A stretch of DNA of 64,000 bases from Bacteroidales bacterium (GTDB taxonomy: Bacteria; Bacteroidota; Bacteroidia; Bacteroidales; FEN-979). Positions 19,898 to 28,865 of the stretch are shown in pieces. The number at the start of each line of letters is the position of its first letter. Positions within the stretch are counted from its first letter, which is position 1. The notes under the pieces are model-generated. The model worked only from the letters and a program-made list of their open reading frames with translations. It did not search any database and had not been told where the DNA came from. The position numbers and the translations under genes are program-made. The stretch is taken from the NCBI GenBank assembly GCA_030681475.1, contig JAUXWT010000049.1, positions 7,991 through 71,990 of the forward strand. The letters are read 5' to 3'.

Positions 19898-20950
19898 CTA
19901 TTTCAGTCTGACATTCCCATATTCACTCCGTACGATCACCGTTCCTGAAGGAGACTCGCTGCCCCCTATCGTTCCCTTGTAGCTTTTTTCGGTCGGTGAA
20001 GTTGACCGATAGGAGAATTTTGCTTTTTCCTCCGGAAAATCCAGGTCACAAAATTTCAGAAGGGCTTCAATTCGATATTTTGCCTGTTTACTAAGACCAA
20101 TTGAGACATCACCAAACTTGTTCCTGATATTGACCGAAGTAAAATCGGCCGGCATTTCACGAATCTTGCAACTACCGTATTGAATATCAAGGCTCAGGCT
20201 TTGTTCAATCCTTTGAATGTCAATGTCGGTAAATTTCGACTTGCTATCAACCGCCGACGAGTTCTCCATATTCAGTTTGCCACCTTCGAATACAACACTG
20301 AGCGCGATTATTTTCTCTGCATCAAGGTTGGAGAATTTAGAGTCCAGTCTTAAACTGCCGGCATAGTCAAGGTTCATATCAGAATATTTCAGGGACAACA
20401 CTGCTCCTTTGATCCAATTCACCCTTGCTTTGCTGAATTTTATATCTAAAAGGTTATCTGAGTTCCCGAGTTTATTTACGTCAAGGTTACCATAACCCAG
20501 GTTGATCCGTGCTTTACCCTGTAATTCATTGATAAAAATATTACCAAATTTATTGGTAACATCCAGATTGATGTTCGTTGGCATGTTTATCATATAATCG
20601 ATCGAAAAACGTCCTTTTCCTGAATTTTTTAATTCCTGGATAGTCGTAGTCGCGGTTATTGATGATGGAGTGTCGGTAAAATCGATTGAAATGCGTTTAA
20701 ACTTTTTTTCTGCTTCCTCCTGATTTGCCGCTGTAACAGTGATGGTAACATCGAAGGAAACCGATTTTTTTTCCCAGTTTGTACAGTGGACTTTCCCAAA
20801 ACGGTTGTTTACCGTCAACTGTGCATCAGGGTTCACCGGAAATTCCCTTTTAATAACCCTGGTGAACTCTTCACCTGCCGTTGCTCCCTTTATCCCCAGC
20901 AGGAAAATCATCATTAAAATGAATAGCGCTATTTTTATTATTGTTTTCAT
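19898..20950 (-). CDS. DUF4097-like putative adhesin (beta-helix repeats)
   Basis: 350 aa with a signal peptide and repeated short beta units (..FG.V.I.., ..GN.D...). It sits in an operon with an ECF sigma/anti-sigma pair, as is typical for this family. Confidence 0.55.
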   Translation of the reverse strand: MKTIIKIALFILMMIFLLGIKGATAGEEFTRVIKREFPVNPDAQLTVNNRFGKVHCTNWEKKSVSFDVTITVTAANQEEAEKKFKRISIDFTDTPSSITATTTIQELKNSGKGRFSIDYMINMPTNINLDVTNKFGNIFINELQGKARINLGYGNLDVNKLGNSDNLLDIKFSKARVNWIKGAVLSLKYSDMNLDYAGSLRLDSKFSNLDAEKIIALSVVFEGGKLNMENSSAVDSKSKFTDIDIQRIEQSLSLDIQYGSCKIREMPADFTSVNIRNKFGDVSIGLSKQAKYRIEALLKFCDLDFPEEKAKFSYRSTSPTEKSYKGTIGGSESPSGTVIVRSEYGNVRLK

Positions 20951-20965
20951 GGTTTTATATTTTAA

Positions 20966-21511
20966 CTATTTCCTGGCCAGAGACAATTGAGTCAGAATTG
21001 TATTCAGCATTGTTTCTTTCATTTGTTGATTCTGAATGATCGCATCAAGGATATGTTCATTGCCGGGATTTTTGGCCAATGACCTTTTCAACTCTTCGGT
21101 GGTAGCATCGAGGTTCTGAATTTCCGAAATGGCTGAATTTTTAAGCACATCTGCATCCTGTTGATTGACAGATAGTTTTTGGATGGCGGCAATTTTTATA
21201 GTTGCCTGATTGTCATAATACCTGACAGCTTCCCTTATTTCCAACGGTAATTCTGACCCCTGGTTTTCAGCAAAAATCCTTACCCTTAATTCGCTGGTTG
21301 CAAAATCGAACACAATAACGCTGACACTGATCATGACAAGGATCAAAGCTGCAACCTTAAGCATCACAGCGCGGTTAAACCGAAATGGACTTAATACCGG
21401 CACTGCCCCCACCCGATCTTCAAATCGTTTAAAATGGCCCGGATCCGGCTCAAACGCGTCGAATTCGTCAAGGTGGTCTTTAATATATTTTTCGAGTTTT
21501 GGCATGGTCAA
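20966..21511 (-). CDS. Putative anti-sigma factor, single-pass membrane protein
   Basis: 181 aa with one central TM segment (AVMLKVAALILVMISVSVIVF). It overlaps the upstream ECF sigma gene by 4 nt. Confidence 0.5.
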   Translation of the reverse strand: MTMPKLEKYIKDHLDEFDAFEPDPGHFKRFEDRVGAVPVLSPFRFNRAVMLKVAALILVMISVSVIVFDFATSELRVRIFAENQGSELPLEIREAVRYYDNQATIKIAAIQKLSVNQQDADVLKNSAISEIQNLDATTEELKRSLAKNPGNEHILDAIIQNQQMKETMLNTILTQLSLARK

Positions 21512-22080
21512 TTCGTACTAAACATTTTGTTATAACTATTTTGCTTCAGGAGGCCAATCAACTTCTGACGTGCCCTTGAGTATCGGGTTCGTGAAAGTTG
21601 GTTTGAAATGTTCAGGATCTGCGCGATCTCTTCATGATCATATCCTTCGAGTAAAAACAGGGACAAAACAACCCTGTACTCATCAGAAAGTTGTGTAATC
21701 GCCATTCTGATTTCTGCAACCCGGCATTGGATCTCTTCCTCTCTGTCCTCCTCAACGTTATCAAGTAATTCGTATGCCACTTCATCAATATACACAGTTT
21801 CTTTACACTTACGCAGGTAATCCAGGGAACGGTTGATAACGATCCGCTTAAGCCATGAACCAAAACTACCTTCGCCGGTATAGCTATGCAGGCGCTCAAA
21901 GGCATCCAGAAACGATTCCTGCATGATATCCTCAGCCTCGGCGGTATCGTTCACTATTCTCAGGCTTGTGTTGTACATGGCTTTATAATAAAGTTTATAA
22001 ATTCTGAACTGAGCATTTCTGTCACCGTTCAGACAGGCATTGATCAGGTCTTGATGAACGTTGATGTATTTACCTTCCAA
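21508..22080 (-). CDS. ECF-type RNA polymerase sigma-70 factor
   Basis: 190 aa with region 2 (AEDIMQESFLDAFERL..., SWLKRIVINRSLD) and region 4 (EIAQILNISNQLSRTRYSRARQKL). The start is a TTG. Confidence 0.85.
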   Translation of the reverse strand: MEGKYINVHQDLINACLNGDRNAQFRIYKLYYKAMYNTSLRIVNDTAEAEDIMQESFLDAFERLHSYTGEGSFGSWLKRIVINRSLDYLRKCKETVYIDEVAYELLDNVEEDREEEIQCRVAEIRMAITQLSDEYRVVLSLFLLEGYDHEEIAQILNISNQLSRTRYSRARQKLIGLLKQNSYNKMFSTN

Positions 22081-22155
22081 CTATCCGGATTTTTTATAAA
22101 TGACTCACTCTTTTTTGAAATGTTACAGGTCGAAGGTATTTTTTTTCTTAAATGT

Positions 22156-22187
22156 GGACAGGGGGACAAGGGGACGGGGGGACGGGT
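22156..22187 (+). repeat. Octamer array x4 (GGACAGGG GGACAAGG GGACGGGG GGACGGGT)
   Basis: Read directly from the sequence. It is related to the 19825 array and carries G-runs at 22161-22186. Confidence 0.9.
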
Positions 22188-22193
22188 GAAATT

Positions 22194-22228
22194 GTTTGCA
22201 TTGTCTGCATTGTTTTCATTATTTCATT
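22194..22228 (+). repeat. Nonamer array x3.5 (GTTTGCATT GTCTGCATT GTTTTCATT ATTTCATT)
   Basis: Read directly from the sequence. The reverse complement AATGCARAC matches the unit of the 3945-4034 array. Confidence 0.85.
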
Positions 22229-22263
22229 TTTTGTAACTATCTACAAACGATTAACTTTGCACC

Positions 22264-23154
22264 TTGTTAAAAAAACTCCGCATACCAGTCTATTTTTATC
22301 CGGTGGCCGCCATGCTTTTCTGGGGTCTTTCGTTCATATGGAGTTCAATGCTTCTGCAACATTACCAGCCTGTCACCATCATCTTTATCCGTTTGATCAT
22401 TTCTTCGGCATTCCTGTTCACACTGATCTATTTTTTAGGCAGAAATGAAAAAGTGGACCGGAAGGATTACAAGTTGATCTTATTAAGTGCCCTGTTCAAT
22501 CCATTCTTCTATTTCCTGGGTGAAAATTACGGTTTGAAATACTCATCCCCAACAATTGCAGCTGTTGTAATAGCTACCATTCCTGTTTTTGCTCCATTGG
22601 TCGGTTATCTGAGTTTCAGGGAAAAGCTGACACCAGTCAATTTCATTGGTATTGCTGTCTCATTTGCTGGCGTCATACTTATGCTGGTCACCCGTGATCT
22701 TTCGCTGGCTGCAGATATCAAAGGTATCCTTTTTCTCTTTTGTGCGGTATTTTCCGCATTATTATACTCTGTCACACTCCGGAAACTGACCTTGAAATAC
22801 TCTGCCATCTTGTTGGTTGCCTTACAAAACCTGATCGGGATTTTTCTTTTTCTCCCATTTTTTCTTTTTTACGAAGCAAAGTTGGCCATTGCTGTACCAA
22901 TTACTTCTGAGATAATTGTATCCATGTTTCTCCTTGCCATTCTTGCCTCCTCCCTGGCATTTGTATTTTTCGCCCATTCGGTGAAGTTACTTGGGATCAG
23001 CAAATCGAATATTTTTTCCAATTTAATCCCTGTATTTACGGCATTTTTTTCGTATCTCATTCTTGCTGAACTTTTTAACATTCAAAAAATCACAGGAATT
23101 GCATTGGTCATCTTCGGAGTGTATCTGTCGGAAAGGACAAAGAAAAGAGTTTAA
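22264..23154 (+). CDS. DMT-superfamily (EamA) transporter
   Basis: 296 aa with about 10 TM segments arranged as two EamA-like halves. The start is uncertain (TTG). Confidence 0.8.
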   Translation: MLKKLRIPVYFYPVAAMLFWGLSFIWSSMLLQHYQPVTIIFIRLIISSAFLFTLIYFLGRNEKVDRKDYKLILLSALFNPFFYFLGENYGLKYSSPTIAAVVIATIPVFAPLVGYLSFREKLTPVNFIGIAVSFAGVILMLVTRDLSLAADIKGILFLFCAVFSALLYSVTLRKLTLKYSAILLVALQNLIGIFLFLPFFLFYEAKLAIAVPITSEIIVSMFLLAILASSLAFVFFAHSVKLLGISKSNIFSNLIPVFTAFFSYLILAELFNIQKITGIALVIFGVYLSERTKKRV

Positions 23155-23170
23155 TTTACCGCAATTGTCC

Positions 23171-23178
23171 TATCTTTG
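23171..23178 (+). promoter_or_regulatory. -7 box TATCTTTG
   Basis: Exact TAnnTTTG match, 18 nt upstream of the hydG ATG. Confidence 0.45.
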
Positions 23179-23195
23179 CTAACAATGCATTAAAT

Positions 23196-24626
23196 ATGAT
23201 TTTCAGTCCCGAGAAATTAATGATCAGGGATCAGCGAATGAAACCCTTTATTGATGCCAGGGAGCTATGGGGTTTTATCAACACCACCCCTGCTACAAAG
23301 GAGAAGGTGAGGGAAGTTATTGCCAAATCGTTGGATAAAAACCGGTTGACACTTGCTGAAACGGCCATACTGATCAACGCCTCGGATCCCGAACTGATCG
23401 AAGAGATCAAACAAGGAGCCCGGACACTCAAGGAAAAAGTTTACGGACAGCGCATTGTGCTGTTTGCTCCATTATACATTGGCAACCTTTGTACCAACAA
23501 CTGTGCTTACTGTGGATTCAAGGCCTCGAACAAGAAGATAACCAGGGTTACGCTTGATCATGATGACTTGATCTCTCAGGTTAAGGCATTGGAGGACTCA
23601 GGTCAGAAACGGCTGATCCTGGTGTTTGGTGAACATCCGAAATATGATGCTAAATTCATTGCAGATTCAGTCAGGACTGTTTACTCGGTCAAAAGCGGTA
23701 ACGGCGAGATCAGACGGGTAAATATCAATGCCGCGCCCATGGAAATTGATGGTTTCCGGATCATAAAAGATGCCAGGATCGGAACTTATCAGATCTTCCA
23801 GGAAACTTATCATCAGGAAACCTATGCAAAGGTCCATCTCGGCGGACAAAAAAGGAACTATGACTGGAGACTTACGGGACTTGACCGTGCACAGGAGGCG
23901 GGGATCGACGATATTGGAATCGGAGCCCTGTTCGGACTTTACGACTGGCGGTTCGAAGTACTTGGGCTGGTAAGGCACACGAACCACTTCGAAGCCGTTT
24001 ACAATGTAGGCCCGCATACGATCTCATTTCCACGGATCCAATATGCCTCTGAACTGAACCTGGACAAGAGTCACCTGGTAAGCGATGAAGAATTTACCCG
24101 GCTGGTTGCTATTTTACGTCTGGCAGTCCCATATACCGGACTCATACTCACCGCAAGGGAAACAGCCGCCATTCGTGATGAGATCATGCAATTCGGTGTT
24201 TCACAGATCGATGGCGGCACGAACATCGAAATGGGCGGTTATTCAAAACGAAAGGAGAATGAAGAGCAGGACATAGACCTCGAACAGTTCCAGATCAACG
24301 ATAACCGCAGCCTGAACGAGATCATGGACGACCTGATCGAACATAAGTATATCCCTTCATTTTGTACCGCCTGTTACCGTTTGGGCAGAACAGGTGAACA
24401 CTTTATGGAATTTTCTGTTCCGGGATTTATTAAGCGGTTTTGTCAGCCAAATGCTTTAATGACCCTGGTGGAATACCTTGAAGACTATGCGCCGGAAGAT
24501 ACCAAAGTAAAAGGCTATCAGTTGGTCCGGGAGAAATTGGATGAAATTGAAGATGAAACATTCAAAGCCAGGTTGACTGACAAGATCAGCATGATCAAAG
24601 AAGGTAAACGCGACTTGTATTTTTGA
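23196..24626 (+). CDS. hydG: [FeFe]-hydrogenase H-cluster maturase HydG (radical SAM tyrosine lyase)
   Basis: 476 aa with the radical-SAM motif CTNNCAYC. The C-terminal CTAC-X22-C motif (spacing counted by hand) distinguishes HydG from ThiH. Confidence 0.85.
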   Translation: MIFSPEKLMIRDQRMKPFIDARELWGFINTTPATKEKVREVIAKSLDKNRLTLAETAILINASDPELIEEIKQGARTLKEKVYGQRIVLFAPLYIGNLCTNNCAYCGFKASNKKITRVTLDHDDLISQVKALEDSGQKRLILVFGEHPKYDAKFIADSVRTVYSVKSGNGEIRRVNINAAPMEIDGFRIIKDARIGTYQIFQETYHQETYAKVHLGGQKRNYDWRLTGLDRAQEAGIDDIGIGALFGLYDWRFEVLGLVRHTNHFEAVYNVGPHTISFPRIQYASELNLDKSHLVSDEEFTRLVAILRLAVPYTGLILTARETAAIRDEIMQFGVSQIDGGTNIEMGGYSKRKENEEQDIDLEQFQINDNRSLNEIMDDLIEHKYIPSFCTACYRLGRTGEHFMEFSVPGFIKRFCQPNALMTLVEYLEDYAPEDTKVKGYQLVREKLDEIEDETFKARLTDKISMIKEGKRDLYF

Positions 24627-24632
24627 AACCTA

Positions 24633-24896
24633 TTGAGCATGAAAGAACTCAGGATTATCGGTTTGCTGATCACCGACCGCATTAAGGAAGCCGGAAGAAT
24701 GCAGCAAACACTTACAAAACATGCCCACGTTATCAAATCAAGGCTCGGATTTCATGAAGTTTCTGAAGATGTATGCAGCCGGGTAGGTGTCGTCATTCTT
24801 CAGCTTGCAGGCAGCGCTGAAGCTTGCAATAAACTTGAAGATGAACTTGGTGAAATTGACGGACTCGAGATTCAGCGGATGGTTTTCAGCTATTAA
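24633..24896 (+). CDS. TM1266-like small ACT-fold protein (putative iron-only hydrogenase system regulator)
   Basis: 87 aa. The size, the pattern (..I..I.I.DR......V...L.......R.G.......C....I.L.L.G......L...L..I.G..V....F) and the adjacency to hydG match my memory of the family. Confidence 0.55.
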   Translation: MSMKELRIIGLLITDRIKEAGRMQQTLTKHAHVIKSRLGFHEVSEDVCSRVGVVILQLAGSAEACNKLEDELGEIDGLEIQRMVFSY

Positions 24897-24906
24897 AATC
24901 TTTTGA

Positions 24907-26580
24907 ATGAACTTTCATTCTAAGAAAAAATTACGCAGGGAGTTTCAGGATTTCTATATGATTTCCTCGTTACCCACCATGCGCATCGGTCTCTTTCTTA
25001 CCCTTGTCCTGTTCACATGTTTTGTCATTTTCAATTACATATTCTTTCCCGATTCACCGGAACAATTTTACTATCAACGGTTTGGAATCATCTCCCCTGT
25101 GTTGGTCATTTCGATCCTCGTTACCTATTTCAGGCCATTGTATAAATGGCTTCACTTGATCTATATATTCCTGAACTTGCTGGTTTGCGTTGCAATATTC
25201 AATGTAGGCATCCATTCTGACTTTTCCCAGCCGGGTTCTGAGTATTATTATACGTGGGTGATGCTTGTTGTGATCGGGTTGTTTGTTTTCTACAGGATGC
25301 CATTCTATACGAACGTCATCATCGGCCTGATCCAGATCACCGCCTTCATTGCAGCAACGATTTTCAATCATACGCTGGCACAAAAACCATTTTTCTTTTA
25401 CAACAACCTGTTTTTTGTTTTTGCCATCTATTCAATCGGATTCATATTGGCGTTTATGTTCAGAACACTGAACTGGAAAAACTTTCTGCACCAGAAAGCC
25501 ATTTCCAAAAACAACCTGCAACTCCAGGAAGAGATCAATGAACGGAAACAAGCCGTTGTAGCTTTACAGCTATCCGAGACCCAGTATCATAACACAATTG
25601 ATTCTATACCTGACTGGATTTTTGTTGTTGACAGGAATTTCCACGTTATCATCTTAAATTCTTCCTTGAAATACGGGCACATTGGATCTGGTCAGGTAGC
25701 AAATACATCCGGAAAGAGCATTGATGAGATATTGCCATTTATGCCGTCTGATACCATTGATGAGCTTAATTATGTATTTGATCAAGGCAAGATTCTGGTC
25801 ACAGAAGAGAAAATATCATTTATTGACACGGATGTCCATATGGAGATCCGTAAGGTACCCATATTTAATGACCGTGATGTAATTCAGGTGATGACAATTC
25901 TCCGCGACCGGTCCAAAGAAAAGGAGGTTGAGGCGTTGAAACAAAAAAATGCTGAACAAAAGGAGATCATGCTGCGTGAGATCCATCATCGCGTTAAGAA
26001 CAATCTTGCAATCGTGATCAGCCTTTTGAACCTTCAACTCCGCAACAATACGGACCAGGGGTTAGTCCGCATCATTCGTGATATTGAAATGCGCATCCGT
26101 TCCATGGCACTGATCCATGAGCATTTATACAGAGGGGAAAACCTCGACCGTATTCCATTGGCGACATATCTGCATTCCCTGGCTACAATTATAACAAGTA
26201 CCTTCAGCGGCCACCGGGTAAATCTTGTGACTTCACTTGATGTTACCGATGTGAGCATTGAAATTGCCTTACCGATAGGTTTGATCACCAATGAATTGCT
26301 GACAAATGCCTATAAATATGCTTTCCCGCGGCATCAGGATGGGGAAATTCAAATCCATTTAAACAAAGCAGCTGACGATCAGTTGACCCTCATGATCAAA
26401 GACAATGGTGTTGGATTACCTGATTCATTTTCGATGGATTCGGAAAAATCACTGGGTATGTTTATCGTAAAGTTATTGGTTCAGCAATTGGATGGTAATA
26501 TTGATTATTCCGGGCGAAACGGGACCTCCTTTACCATTCAATTCCGTAACCTTCTGGTAAAACGACAAGTGTTCTTATGA
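24907..26580 (+). CDS. Sensor histidine kinase (polytopic N-terminus, PAS, HisKA_2-type H-box, HATPase)
   Basis: 557 aa with about 6 TM segments. It has the H-box EIHHRVKNNLAIVISLL and N/G boxes (LLTNAYKYAF, DNGVGLP, GMFIV). Confidence 0.85.
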   Translation: MNFHSKKKLRREFQDFYMISSLPTMRIGLFLTLVLFTCFVIFNYIFFPDSPEQFYYQRFGIISPVLVISILVTYFRPLYKWLHLIYIFLNLLVCVAIFNVGIHSDFSQPGSEYYYTWVMLVVIGLFVFYRMPFYTNVIIGLIQITAFIAATIFNHTLAQKPFFFYNNLFFVFAIYSIGFILAFMFRTLNWKNFLHQKAISKNNLQLQEEINERKQAVVALQLSETQYHNTIDSIPDWIFVVDRNFHVIILNSSLKYGHIGSGQVANTSGKSIDEILPFMPSDTIDELNYVFDQGKILVTEEKISFIDTDVHMEIRKVPIFNDRDVIQVMTILRDRSKEKEVEALKQKNAEQKEIMLREIHHRVKNNLAIVISLLNLQLRNNTDQGLVRIIRDIEMRIRSMALIHEHLYRGENLDRIPLATYLHSLATIITSTFSGHRVNLVTSLDVTDVSIEIALPIGLITNELLTNAYKYAFPRHQDGEIQIHLNKAADDQLTLMIKDNGVGLPDSFSMDSEKSLGMFIVKLLVQQLDGNIDYSGRNGTSFTIQFRNLLVKRQVFL

Positions 26581-26590
26581 ATTATTCAAG

Positions 26591-26848
26591 ATGAAAGAGA
26601 TTTGGATTCTCGGTGTACACATCACCGACAGAGTGCCGGAAGTTTCAGTCGTTCAGGCAGTCCTGACAAAGTTCGGATGTACCATCAAGACCCGTCTGGG
26701 CCTGCACGAAGTAAAAGACGACTTCTGCGCACGCTCCGGGCTGATCATACTTGAGCTTACCGGCAACAGGGAAGAGTTTTTTAAACTGGAGAACGAATTG
26801 CTGAAGATTGATGGGTTGGAGGTGAAGAAGATGGTTTTTGAAGAATAA
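26591..26848 (+). CDS. TM1266-like small ACT-fold protein, paralogue of 24633-24896
   Basis: 85 aa, with 44 of 85 positions identical to the upstream paralogue in a hand alignment. Confidence 0.55.
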   Translation: MKEIWILGVHITDRVPEVSVVQAVLTKFGCTIKTRLGLHEVKDDFCARSGLIILELTGNREEFFKLENELLKIDGLEVKKMVFEE

Positions 26849-26855
26849 TTCGTCA

Positions 26856-27800
26856 TTATACAAGCGTTACCCTTGTTCCACCGTCATCAATTCCCAGCAT
26901 GGTCGTTTGGGTAATGATGGTATCTTTGCCGGAGCGCTCAACAAAGTGTATCGCAGCGCGTACTTTGGGGCCCATGCTGCCTTCAGGGAACTGGCCCTCG
27001 TCAAGGTAGCGTTTGGCTTCGGCAATGGTCATCCGGTCAAGTGCTTTTTCCTGGGGAGTATTGTAATTGATGCACACCTTTGGAACATCGGTGAGTATGA
27101 AAAGTTTATCCGCATTGATCTGTGAGGCAAGGAGCGCTGACGCCAGATCCTTATCAATCACGGCATCGATGCCCTGTAATTTATTTGGTTCAACATAATA
27201 GACCGGAATTCCGCCTCCACCCACTGCAATGGCAATTTGTCCGCCACGGGCGATCGATTCAATGGTTTTTTTGTTGATAATAACGAGCGGTATGGGAGAT
27301 GCAACTACTTTTCTCCAGCCCCGGCCGCGGGGATCCTCCTTGAACACCGATTTTGTTTCTTTAGTCAATGTATCAGCCTCCTCTTTTGTATAATAAGGAC
27401 CGACTGGCTTCGTTGGTTTCTGAAAAGCCGGATCGTCCTTATTGACAAGCACCTGGGTGGTGATGGTGATGATGTCGCGTTCCATGTCATGGATCTCCAG
27501 TACGTTTTTCAGTTGCTGTTCAATGATATAGCCAATAAATCCCTGGGAATAGGCAACACAGATATCCAGTGGCATCTCCGGGATCCCAAACATTTTAAAC
27601 CCGGCCGAGTTGGCCAGCATGATGTTACCCACCTGGGGCCCATTCCCATGGGTTATCACGATGTTGTACTCGCGTTTGATCAGCTTGATAAGACTTTCGG
27701 CCGTTGCGTTTGCATTTGCCTCCTGTTCATCGATGGTTCCTTTCTGATCTCCCCGTAACAGAGCATTTCCCCCAAGGGCAACAACAGCAAGCTTTTTCAT
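26856..27800 (-). CDS. arcC: Carbamate kinase
   Basis: 314 aa with MKKLAVVALGGNALL, ITHGNGPQVG and a typical C-terminal half. Confidence 0.9.
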   Translation of the reverse strand: MKKLAVVALGGNALLRGDQKGTIDEQEANANATAESLIKLIKREYNIVITHGNGPQVGNIMLANSAGFKMFGIPEMPLDICVAYSQGFIGYIIEQQLKNVLEIHDMERDIITITTQVLVNKDDPAFQKPTKPVGPYYTKEEADTLTKETKSVFKEDPRGRGWRKVVASPIPLVIINKKTIESIARGGQIAIAVGGGGIPVYYVEPNKLQGIDAVIDKDLASALLASQINADKLFILTDVPKVCINYNTPQEKALDRMTIAEAKRYLDEGQFPEGSMGPKVRAAIHFVERSGKDTIITQTTMLGIDDGGTRVTLV

Positions 27801-27849
27801 GGTTTCAATGGTTTAGACGGCAAAATTAGAAATATTTTCCGACAATTGG

Positions 27850-27857
27850 TACCTTCG
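27850..27857 (+). promoter_or_regulatory. Near-consensus -7 box TACCTTCG
   Basis: One mismatch to TAnnTTTG, 8 nt upstream of the ATG at 27865. Confidence 0.3.
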
Positions 27858-27864
27858 CAACGCC

Positions 27865-28764
27865 ATGAAACTTCAGAAAAAAGCCTATTTGTTTGCCTTC
27901 GCTGCCATTGCCTGCTGGTCAACCATTGGTTCTGCATTTAAAATAACCTTGCGGTATCTTGACCCGGTGCAATTGCTTCTCATTTCTTCGCTGGTTGCTT
28001 GCGTTGCTTTGTTTTTTATCCTGCTGCTTCAGGGAAAGATATACTTGCTATTCAAAATAACGCGTAAAGAGATCTTGCTTTCGGCATTCCTGGGGTTGAT
28101 GAATCCGTTTCTCTACTATTCAGTATTGCTGAAAGCTTATGATTTGCTGCAGGCACAGGAGGCAGGGACACTCAACTATATCTGGCCGCTTGTCCTGGTA
28201 CTCCTTTCGATACCGATGTTACGTCAGAAAATAAGTTTCGTCAGCATCGTCGCCATCGTAATCAGTTTCTTCGGAATTATCACCATTTCCAGTCACGGGA
28301 ATTTCTTTATCGGAGCCGAATCAACCAAACAGGACACCGTCGGACACACTTTGGGCGTATTTCTGGCTGTGGGCAGCGCCTTTTTGTGGGCGCTATACTG
28401 GATATTCAACCTCAAAGACCGGCGGGAGGCCGTAAGCAAACTCTTTCTGAATTTCTGCTTCGGTTTTCTATATACTGTCATTTTATCAGGCCTTACCGGC
28501 AACCTTACCCTTCCAGTATGGCAGGGTTTGGCCGGTGGTATTTATATTGGTTTGTTTGAGATGGGAATCACCTTTGTGCTGTGGCTAAATGCTTTGAAAT
28601 ATTCGTCAACAACGGCCAAAGTTTCAAACCTGATCTACCTGTCCCCTTTCATCTCCCTGATCATCATCTATTTCGCTGTTGGCGAAACCATCCTGCCTTC
28701 AACGGTCACCGGACTTGCGCTAATCATCGGAGGAATCGGGTTGCAGCAATATCTGAAACGCTGA
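27865..28764 (+). CDS. DMT-superfamily (EamA) transporter
   Basis: 299 aa with 10 predicted TM segments arranged as two EamA-like halves. Confidence 0.8.
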   Translation: MKLQKKAYLFAFAAIACWSTIGSAFKITLRYLDPVQLLLISSLVACVALFFILLLQGKIYLLFKITRKEILLSAFLGLMNPFLYYSVLLKAYDLLQAQEAGTLNYIWPLVLVLLSIPMLRQKISFVSIVAIVISFFGIITISSHGNFFIGAESTKQDTVGHTLGVFLAVGSAFLWALYWIFNLKDRREAVSKLFLNFCFGFLYTVILSGLTGNLTLPVWQGLAGGIYIGLFEMGITFVLWLNALKYSSTTAKVSNLIYLSPFISLIIIYFAVGETILPSTVTGLALIIGGIGLQQYLKR

Positions 28765-28865
28765 TGACCGGAATGTTTGTTATGATTCAAAAATCTTAAA
28801 TACCACGGATCAGATAAAAATCGTAATTTAGTTGTTTGATTAAAATTGACCGAAACTGAACGAAC

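Noticed and set aside
26856-27800. Functional link between carbamate kinase and hydG (a carbamoyl-phosphate route to CN ligands)
   Set aside because: Carbamoyl phosphate feeds [NiFe]-hydrogenase maturation (HypF), not HydG, which uses tyrosine. The gene is convergent to the hydG block, so adjacency is probably coincidental.
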